Source of the DNA: Klebsormidium nitens
Lineage: Eukaryota > Plantae > Klebsormidiophyceae
Direction: 5' to 3'
Length of the DNA stretch: 64,000 bases
Assembly (NCBI GenBank): GCA_000708835.1
Contig: DF237262.1
Location: 1 to 64,000, forward strand
The position numbers were made by a program, and so were the translations under genes. Of this stretch, positions 1-10,300 are shown in pieces; position 1 is the stretch's first letter, and each line of letters begins with the position of its first letter. The notes beneath the pieces were generated by a model, which had not been told where the DNA came from, searched no databases, and was given only the letters and a program-made list of their open reading frames with translations.

Positions 1-489
1 GTGCATTCGAGGCCGTACTAAAGTATGCATACTGTCCGGTACGTCATGAGCCAGAGCGCATAGACTGCGGCCGGCAAAGCTTTATTGAGCAACTGTTTGA
101 ACAAGAGACCGCATGCATGATCAACCTGAGTCAGTCACTGACATCGCTCCCAAACTCTCCCCAAACTAAGGACGTTGTTATTATGAATTGGGACTATCTT
201 GTGGCGCCTGCCAGGGTCGTCCAATGAATGTTCGAAAAGGAGGGGACCGTGAGCTCCAATTGCTTACACTAATGCCTAACTCCTAGCTTGGCGCTCTCAC
301 TACTTGCGGCAAGGCTGAATAAGTTACAACTATTTGATGCAACTGCTCAACGGTAACGGATGATCGGGTCAAAGCCTCACTCAAAAGGTTTGATCTCTAC
401 ACCTAGACTCTACCAGTCACTTCGCTAGGTGACCTTGATAAATGCTGTGCTACAACGCAAGACTGCATACCTTTCTAGTGCGCACTGCA

Positions 490-2458
490 CTACGTGTACA
501 GATCCGGAACGCTATCCTTGCCGTCACTGCCGCTCTCAGCACTGCTGGCTAAGCTGCGCGACCTTCGCTCCGCATCAAACACATAGTAGCGCTCATCTTT
601 CATGGGGAATAAGAGGCCGAATGCCAGCGCGATGCTGGCCCATGCTGCTAAAACCTGACTGATGATGGAGGTGTGACTAACAGGCCAGATTTGCGTGATC
701 AGCGTCTCCCCTCGCGAGTCGAGGAGCACAACGAGCGACATCGAGCCGGATCGCCCGGGGGAGCTCGGCCACGCGTCTTCGCGGATCCACGACGCAACAG
801 TCTCCTGCAAAAATCAACCGTGTGGGGTGCGAGCTGAGACTCCATTTGCGATTCAGTCGAACTGTACGGTACTGATGGCACAGAAGGTGGCCTTGACAGC
901 CCAGCTGCCTTGCAGAAAGTAGTTCGTAATCCGCTCTATGATCCTAGTGAACGAGCTTGTTGTGATTCTTTTGAAGGAAAGATCAGACTCCTTTCAGGCG
1001 AGGTTAGAACTAGAGTCGCTATCACATGGATGAATTCCATGCGATTCACTTGAACTCCCATTTGAGTGACACCCTGAGTATGGCGCCAAGGCAACACTCT
1101 CTGCCTTACTAAGAGAAAAGCTCATAGAAACGGAGGATGCTGATTATAGATTGAAAACTTCTCAGCGCAAACGATGCATCAGCGTGTGTACACGAGCAAT
1201 GAAAAGCTGGGCATGGTACGCAGGACAACCGTCTCAGCAACTCGTCACAAATCACAATCAGGAATTTACTTACGTAGGAGCTGTTTGAATGAATCAGCTG
1301 ACTGAGTTGTTTGCTCACCCGGGTCCCGTTGATATACTTGGTCGTGGTCAAGTCCAAGCGCATGGTTAATTGGCTCCAAAAGGACCCGTTTGCTTTCTCG
1401 GCAGTGCTGTAGTAGCTATACCCGGTCTCTCCGAGCACCTTCGTTCCGTTTTCATACGATGCCAGGAAGCGCATGAACGACGTAATGCCGATGCTCGAAA
1501 AGATGTCCAAGCTGCAGAAGCGTGGTGCACTGTAGGCCGTTTCCCCAGCCTGCCCGACGATCCCCTCAAAGTCCGCATACAGACACAAAGAGTTATCCCC
1601 GCCAGTCCAAGTCGCTGGCTTGACATATGCCCCGGTAGGCACGCCGGCGCTCGAGCGCACTACGAACTTGTCACTAGGCACCGCGGTGCCGTTCCGAAAG
1701 TATGCCTTTATTGTTTTAGGAGTGGGTGGCGAGTAGCCGTCGTAGTCTTGGATGCAGCGAAAGCGGACGTCCGTTTCTGTCAAGAAGGTCTCCCAGTCCG
1801 CCGGACTGTAGGTAATGCGGTGGCATGTGGTGATTCCCGGGAATCGGACGCCGCTTTTCCCAATTGACAACGATGTTGGCAGGGTCTGTGCTCGCAGCAG
1901 AACCTGCCACAAAGCAATGCTTACTCACTCCAGCACCCAAAGTGGACAGAATCATTCCTGGTTGGGTCAACTTAGCAAGTGACCAAGTGCTCTTGACCAA
2001 CTTAGCTAGACCTGAGAAAACAAGCCCCCTCCTTTGATGCGCAGAGCAAGGGCTCCATTCGCAGCAAAGATTGAGACAACAGATTGTTGTGCTGGGATTG
2101 CCAGGCTGAGACTTCAGAAGAGGTGCATGCAATCAAAGCTTGTGCCTCTCATGGTTTCTGGAGCGACAAGTCAAACCACACAGCTTAGAACATTTTACAG
2201 ATTAAGACGAATATGACCAAAACGCTCTGTGCGAAAGAATAATCAGAGCTCTGGCGTGTGTATGAAGTGACCGCAACTTTTGGAAATTACCCATACTGTG
2301 AGAATGAGCACGCTCGATAGATGCGACTGCAGGAGGCTTACCGACACAAGTATGGCGGCAAGGAAGCTCGCAAAGACAAGGATCAGGAGGACGAAGCACG
2401 CCCACGCTCTCCGCCGATACTGCACCGGCTGCACATCCAAGGGCATGAAGAAGCCCAT
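490..2458 (-). CDS. Two-transmembrane protein with DEG/ENaC/ASIC-like architecture (3 exons: 2342-2458, 1319-1903, 490-804; ~338 aa)
   Basis: All junctions are canonical phase-0 (TCG|GTAAGC, tggcag|GTT, CGG|GTGAGC, tttttgcag|GAG). The spliced protein reads RRRAW-hydrophobic TM1-...LPTSLSIGKSGVRFPGITTC, then an ectodomain with four N-glycosylation sequons (NGT x3, NGS), then SLVVLLDSRGETLITQIWPVSHTSIISQVLAAWASIALAFGLLFP (TM2) and a short tail. The gene is well supported; the family assignment rests on motif spacing only. Confidence 0.65.
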
Positions 2459-2755
2459 CCTTGCAGAAGGAACCACAAACCCCGCTGCAAAGCGAACCAG
2501 GATCTAATCCAGGACATAAGGGCACATTGACTCGGGTCCTGAGTAGAAACGGCTGAGAACAACGCACCCCGTAGCTTAGAAAGGATTAGCAAGAGCAATT
2601 CACATGAAGGCGCCTTGGTTCAGGTCCTGAGTAAGGAGGGCTGGAACTCAGTTTGATGATGCCATGTACGATCTGAGTACACGCTGTGCTTGTAATGCTG
2701 TAGACACGGTGGTGGCCCTGAGTACAACATACTGCCACCGTCAGCTTGCATTGAA

Positions 2756-3394
2756 ATGTCCTTCAGCCGCTCCTGCAGAAGAGAGGACACACAGCGATCA
2801 GTGCCCGCAGCTCAGCAGGCAACCGTGAGGCAACCGTCCAAAGACATTGAGCTAGACATCATGCCACTCGCCATATTTGTGAAAACATTGGACAATGCGA
2901 CCGATGAAAAACCTTTTCTGGTCAAAGGCTACAAAAGTCATCAAGATTGCTTGGCGCTGCCTGGCCTTTCAAAAGACTGCGAGTGTGGGGCTCGAACCCT
3001 TCTCGCGACAACCCGAATGAAGCTGGTACAGAACAGGCTGCAAAAAAACAGCAAAAATATGCTAGAATGTGCCAGAGAGCTGCCTAGTGGCAGAGGAACA
3101 CACCTGTGGGTGTTTTGCGGTGCTGTTGGGCCTTTGTAAAGCCAAAAGTTGAACGCCACAACTGGCAATGCCTTGATTAAATATAATATGGCATGCACAA
3201 GTTTTATTGGCGAAAGGCTGGCTGAGACGGAGCTGACATTTCCGTTCAACGGAATGCAATGGACCGGAACGTCACTCAAAGCCAACGGAACGATACATAA
3301 TCATAATTACGGCTACTGTAGAATGTTGCCAAAAGGCCAAGAATTTGCACTTGGCGAAGCATTCGTTTGCCAAGATGTGCTACGCGTGCTTTAA
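2756..3394 (+). pseudogene. Interrupted reading frame, possibly a relic of a MULE/FAR1-type (WRKY-GCM1) transposase DNA-binding domain
   Basis: ORFs 2756-3139 and 3149-3394 share one frame, broken by a single TAA. The second half has C...W...HNH (ACTSF...QWTGTSLKANGTIHNH), reminiscent of the FAR1/MULE zinc-finger end. Weak similarity only. Confidence 0.25.
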
Positions 3395-4345
3395 GTATGT
3401 TAAAAGATGATTGACTCTTGCCATCGACAGCTCGGCCAAAAAGTGCTTATAAGGGGTCTGCAAGCTCACGCTTCAAGTTTTTGTGTGCCCTCTCTGAGTT
3501 TCTTGAAGTCTTCATGCAGGGATTCTTTCGGGGCCTCCTTCGTTTTCGTCAGCATCAGCACTTGCCTGATCTGAAGTGTCCTCCAATCAGTACGTGCGAC
3601 TTGCAGATTCAAGGCCACGTCATCTTCAATGATTGAATTGAATTGCACCGAGCGTTGTTTTAACTGTCTCACTCCATACTTCCGGAGTTCACATACCGAA
3701 AATTTCTAGAAGTTTCCTTAAGACTCGGACATTCAGCAACGCTTGTTCAACATCCGCTTACATCAGCTTTATCAAATCGGTATTGCACTGCAACAATCAT
3801 TGTCACCTGGAGATTCTGACCAAGGTAACCGTCAAAACGCCGCTTCCCCACGATCGGATGGAAACGCATAGCTCAACATGCACTCAGTACAGTTGCGCCA
3901 GCCAGAACTCGTAATCAATAGAACATCCATTGAAGCGGCCGGCCGGGGCCTCACCCGCGGGCCTCACCGGTGGTAGCCCCGCTCGAAAGTGGATTCTTGC
4001 ATATAAAATACTATGGAGCTGTACCGGAGTACCTTGGAATACGGGATACTCCTCTTCAATCACAGGTTTCAAACAGAAAATACATGTTGGTGCAAGTTTT
4101 GCGTGTTCCGGGGGGCTGGTATACCAGCTAGAAAATTGAGCCGGAGATGCAACGTGTTCTGTAATCATTGGACATCAAAGTGCAAAAATTGTCTATACGG
4201 TATGTCTATTCGATCAGTCAGCTATTCTACTTCGCTCATTCCCTTCCCTTCGAGTGCTCTCGTACGGAGGGGTGGCCCCTAGACTATCGAGCAGTCGCCC
4301 CAGCGAATTATTCTGCTATCCATTGTCTAAAACGTGCGCGCGCTC

Positions 4346-7300
4346 CTAAAGGAACATCGATCTCGAAAGGTGCCCTTGAAGGTGAGACGGGCTCTCGCGC
4401 GGGCGGTGATGCGGGCTCTCCGGGATCTTGTGCGAGAAGCTGAGGCCACGTGTCGGGCTCTCCGGACCCCTATGCGAAAAGCTGAGGCCACGTGGCGGGC
4501 TCTCGGGGCCCTTGTGCGAGAAGCTGAGGCCACGTGGCGAGCGTGGCAGCTTCGCGGGGGTGATGGCGGGAGGCTCTTGGCGCGCGAGCTTGCGGCTGAA
4601 GCTGGACTCGCCCGTACGGACGTCTTCGAGAAAGGCGCCGACGGTCTGGTTGCTCACGGAGCCGCTTCTCTGTGGAAGGGTAATGAAATCTGATGTGAGC
4701 ATTCTGGTTGATCCGAGAAAGATTTGCCCAAGAGCTAGTGTGCTGGGTTTCTATCACACGGCATCCTTAAATATAAAAGAAGGTCCAAATGAAGAATCAG
4801 TCCAATCATACCGCCTATCAAAAGAACGTGACTGCCGACGACGGTTTGGTTAACAAGGGGCAACGTTCGGTGCACTCAAGACAAGCAGGCTGATTCGCAT
4901 GAACGAGCCCACAAACTGCAACTCGTCAGAAAAGTTTAGAACAAGATAAGCCACTCGCCTGCAACTCGTCAGCCATGATAAACGCCCACGTCTCCACATC
5001 CAGCACCGGACCATCCTCTAGGCTCCACGTGGCAGCCTCCTGCCCCGGGGGCCGGACATCCAACGGCCGAAGCAGCAACGAGAGCGGCGACTTGAACCCG
5101 GCCCGCCCACTCTCCTGGTCGCCGGAAGTCCCCACAGCGCGCGCGCTCAAAGGAACGGGTGACCCAGGAGGGGAGAAAGTTTTGGGCGCCAAAATGGACT
5201 GGAATAAAGTGGGCAGGTTGCAGAGCGGGTTAAAGAAGTAGAAGAGGGCGGCCGCCCTCGAGCCGTCGCCCAGGGCTGAAGGGTCGCCGAGAAGGAGGCA
5301 GTCGCCGTTGCGAAGCTCGGCGAAGCGCTGCAGGGAAAGACCGTAACTGGTTGAGTAATTGACTTCCGCTGCTGCTCATCATCTTTCTTCCCATCAAAAT
5401 GCTATCTGCAACCCTCCTCCGGCATGATTGTTTACGACAGTCAGTCCGGAAAGGCGAGAAGATTCAAAAAAATCCTTGACCCCGCTTCGTAAATGCGGGA
5501 TCGCGTAGCATTCACACCTGCTCATTGAAAAGAACAGTTCGGAAACCCTCTGAGCATCTCAGACTAGAATCAACACTGCAGAACTCATAAGAAACTACCA
5601 AAGGAAAGTTCAGAAACGGTTGCTCCTAGTAGCGGAGCAGAGAGCACGAACGTCTCACAACATCCCGAATAAGAAAGCAAAAGAAGCTACATCGAAGTGG
5701 TCCTCTGATTCCATAAAATACCTATTTAAGACAACAATCTCTAAAGAATCGCAGTATGCCTCACCGGCAGCGGCATCCCGTTCAGCAGCGCCGGCGCGTC
5801 GTTGAGCGACCTGGCAATCACGGTAGCGCAGCTCGCTTTTCCCGCGGCGGGGGGGGCGACCACCATCTCAATGTGCTCCTTCGCCAGCCCCCCTGGAAGC
5901 TTGAAGCCGACCGCTGGATCACTCCCGATGCTGAAAAAGCGGGCGAAAGGATGAGAATGCGGCGACTCCACGATTAGTCGCTGAACGTCACGCTATATGA
6001 GGACTGGAGACTTTGACTTGGAAACTTTATCGGAAGTTGGACTTTGTGGCGCTGATTGCGAGCCTACAGGGTCAGGTAAATCGTCTGAAAACATCACAAC
6101 GTGAAACACATACTCCTCCCTCACGCATCTTCTTTCATTATTGGAGCTCAATCCACCCTTCCAAGATGCAATACGCGTGGACCGCAGCTTGAGACAGTCA
6201 AAGCTTCAAGTCCGGCCAATCACCTGTTGACACCTGGCGCCAGGACGTGCACCGCCCAGCTGGCCTTCAATGCGTCTCCAGACGTTTCCTCCCGTTCCAA
6301 AGCATGCGCCAGTAGTCCCTCTCCCGAGGCTTCCCTGAACAAAACCGACTCGTCTACTGCAATTCCGAGCCGCCTCAAAACTCTCAACCCGGCAACCAGC
6401 TTCCGGTTCGACGCGGAATTCTCCAGGAGCCGCGTCTCGTCTTTCGGCGTTCCGGCTTCCTTGTCCGCTTCCGTTTCCGGTTCCGGTCTAGGAGACCCCT
6501 TGTGGTCGCTGCCCACTAGCAGCTGCACGAGGAAAGGCGACGCGGCGCCGATCGCCGACGAAAAGCCCTCAAACCTCCGCCATTGCGGTTCTGCCACGTG
6601 GACAATCCGCTTCTCCACTTCCGGCTCCGGTTCCGGTTCCGGTCCCGTCGCTGAGTCAATGGACATACTCACTGCCGCCTCCGTTTCGGTAGCTCTATCT
6701 GAAGTCTGCGCGCGTTCGCAATCCGTTCCGTTGTCCAATAAACTGATGACGTCAGTCGCCGTTCCGGCGTTCGCGGTGTTCAATATCTCCGTTCCGGACG
6801 CTGCTGAAGCATACGCTACAAGCCCTTCCGTATCGGTGACCGTATCTACACCGTTTGATTCCGTCTCAGTAGAGCTAGACGCCAACTCAAGCGGAACCGG
6901 ATCCGTCATGCTGTCGCGAAAAACGACCTCCTCCGTTCCGCTTCGAGCATCTGTACACGAGACACCGGAATCCGTTCCGTCGTCCACCACCTTTGGCGGC
7001 GTCTCCGTCTCCGTCGCGGCGCTCTTCAACTTTGGGGCCTCCGTTTCCGTTCCTTCCGTTACAACGTCGGCCGGACTCGTTTCCGTGGAGGACGCAGCGG
7101 TTTCCACCCCGGGCTCCGTTTCCGTTCCTGCCGACCTTGATTCCGGTAAGAAGGCGTCGGTTCCGCTGGACACCGTTGGCGTCGGAGCCTCCGTTTCCGT
7201 TCCCTCTGTGACTGTGACTGCCCTGACTTCCGGATCCGTTTCCGTTTCCGCCGTTGCCATAATGAGCCCGTCCGTTGCAGTCCCTTCTGTTGCCGTTTCC

Positions 7301-10300
7301 GGCCAAGCAACAGGCTCTGTCTCGGTACTTTCCGTTGCGGTCGCCGGAACGGGTTCCGTTTCCGTCCCTTCCGTTGCCATCGTCGGTACGGGGTCCGTCT
7401 CCGTGGCACTGGTGACACTGAAACTCTCCTCGCTCGCTTCGGACGAGCGCCGCGTCCTGATCCGCAGTTCCGGCCGCTTTCCGTTCCCGTTCCGCTGCTC
7501 CAGCAGGTCCTTGAGCCCCTTCGGAGAGGCACGGGGGCTCCCCCTAGGGCTGATTCGTCCCGCCAACGACCCAACCACCCCCCCAACGAGAATGCGCGCC
7601 GCGTCCGCCCAAGTGTGCGAGCGCGCGCGTTCGATCGGACGGCTGTGATTGGCAGAGATGGTGTCCCACGTGTCATCGAGGACTCGGGACGAGAAGCCTT
7701 CCACCGGAGTCAACATGCTCGAGGTCGGGGAGTCGGGGTGGGAGTCGGGGTTCCCGTTCCGGTCACCGAGTCCGCTGCCGAGGAGCCGCGACGCGACGGA
7801 GTGCGCCTTGAAGAACGAATTCTCTGTTAGCGGGTCCAAGCGAGCCGTTGCCAGCGTTTCTTTCCCGATCGGCGCTTCGCCGCCCAGTATTTCTGTCGCG
7901 CTCTCTAGTTGCGCGACCGGGGATTGCGGCCCGGGCACAACGAGTGCAGCCGGAACGCTTGCCATGCTCTGAACAACCGCCCGAAGTGACTCAATCTCCG
8001 TTCGCAGGGACTGGATCAGCTTTTCGCGGGGGTCTTCGTTGAGGACCGGTTTGTTTTTGATGCGCTTGGCCCGGTTTGCGTACCGAAGCGTCGAGAGCGT
8101 CTCTTTCACGTCCTTTTCCGCGGGGCTGATGCTTGCGACCATCACCGTCTTGCTGTTACCGCCCAGGCTCTCCTTGAGAAGCCACGTGAGGGACGAGTTG
8201 CGGTACGGCACGAAGTCGCTGCCACGTGCCAGCTCCGTGATGACCTGGACACGTGGACGGGTTAAGCTAAATTTCTGAGTCCACTTGATGCCAAGGTTTG
8301 AGCGGTGCTTCGTCATTGCTTACTACGAAACGAAAATTTCTTGTTACTTTCGAAGAGAAATTTTATGTACCGCCACAGCCGTCAAAAAGCCTGTCTGTCG
8401 AAATGATGAGCAAAGACTGAAGTCAAAAGGAGGAAGAACAGAAGAAAGAGCGACCACTCGCAAGCTCGAAATGCACACAATTAAGCCAGCTGGAAATACT
8501 TTTTGCCTGAAATTACGGACGAAGTTAATTGGCGTCAATCCTTCCGTGGCGAATCCCTCGAGCCTTTTGTAAAAGGGGTGAAAGAGAAGCGCAACGAACG
8601 ACCTCCGCTTCCAGAGGCGCACAGCCATCACCGATTAAAGTAATTGAAGCACACACTCCTTCACAGCCAACTTTACAAGCACCAAGCATAGTCACCTGGA
8701 ATGCTAATGACAGAAACTTGGGCAGAAAAGTATATTGACGGGCTTGCCACTCACGTCATTCAAGAGCGACAGCGACTTGTTGATGAATCCCGACTCCTTG
8801 AGCCGCGCCCCGGTTGCATTCGTCCGGTTCTGCCGCTCGCTCCCTGCGAGATCCACCAGGTTGATCCTGCTAACCCGGCGGAAGGGTACCCCGGTCTCGG
8901 GGGACGCCTTGGTCTGCACGGGAGGTTTGCTTAGGTTAACGTCTAACCCGACTCTGAGAGAGCGGTATGTATATTTGCAGCTTGCGTGTCTGTGGTAAGA
9001 GTTGCTGGGGTCCACTCTGTTGATTCAACGAATCCTAGTTCCGTGAGAGCATAATTGAAGCTTCGGTGAGGATTTTTTTTCTGCTGATCTCAATTTGGAC
9101 AAGATTCGTGACTGATCTTGCGAAGTTCCAATAGCACTAGATCGATGCACACTACTGTGAGCTTATTCAAAGGCTGGACTTGTCCTTCGAGCAACGTGAT
9201 GAAAGATGGACGTGAGACTCTGACATTGCGAGAGATCCCGGCGGAACGTCCGAAAAGAATGGTTGGGTGATGGCCGAGCTCCTCAAGTGAACCGCTATAT
9301 CGGAGGTGTAAGACCGAGCAGACGAGACTGTCAGGACTGCTATTTTTATAAATATAAATACATGCGCCCATGATTTTCCATGGACACGAAAATGGTCGAC
9401 TATATGACGACTGGACGTGGATGAGTCTTAGCTATACTCCTCTTCCATCGCGATAGGGGAAAAATCAGCCCCAAAAGCCCCCCCCTCTCACCTGCGTAAC
9501 GGTCAATGTGAACACCGTATGACTCCGGCTGGACAGCTTATTCATGTCCGTCGCAGCAATCGTCCGATTTCGGGACCCCTCCTCCAGCAGCGCCGCCATT
9601 TCCGCCCAGCTCGACACGTGGCGCTCCGTCAGCCCCTCCACGTACGGCCCCTTGTCCGGGTGCTCCCGGATCTTGAGCGTGGCCCGCGCCCCCTGGTTAA
9701 CCGCCTTGGTTTGACTAACCCCGCCCCGGACCGCCCGCTCGGGGGCCTCCACCGACCCCTCGGACTCCGCCACGGACGCCACGTCACTGCCCACGTCATC
9801 CTCCGCGTCGCCGTCCTCCCCCTGGCTCTTCCCGAACCGCGTCGCGGGGGGTTTGGCCGCGCCCGCTTTGCGCGCGCGTTTTACGAACCTCTGCGCCGCG
9901 AGTTTCGCCTGGACCATGACGCGGAGAGAGGGTGCCCGGGGCCGGGAACCGGGGGCCCCGCTCTGCTCGGAATCGCTGGTCGGTTCGCTGGCGTCACGGT
10001 CGGTGTCGGAGTCGTCGCGCTCTGAGTCGCCGTCTTGGAAGTAGGACGCGGGGGCCTTGGTGCGCGCGAGCAGATCGCGCACTTGCTCGCGGTAGATCTC
10101 GAGGTACGTGACCTGCGGCCAATGGATGACGGGCAAACGTTTCAGACTCTGAGCATCTTTTACGCTCCAAAATGGTTTCTCGAAAGGGTTCTTGTGCAAA
10201 CGAAGCTTTGCCGACCGGCATCAAGAGACGTCGCCGTACCAACAATCTTTCTTCCGATGCAGAAGGACGAAGCCGTTCAGACAGGATAATAATCCAGTAG

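Noticed and set aside
5230-5930. PDZ domain ([15 protein letters not shown]...LRNGD)
   Set aside because: After splicing, the full pattern (G.nsIGsd...EH...lNG...[10 protein letters not shown]...FyFfNP) fits the kinesin-3 FHA domain much better.
6101-7648. 515-aa + strand ORF rich in SVSV
   Set aside because: It is the antisense shadow of the kinesin TET-repeat exon.
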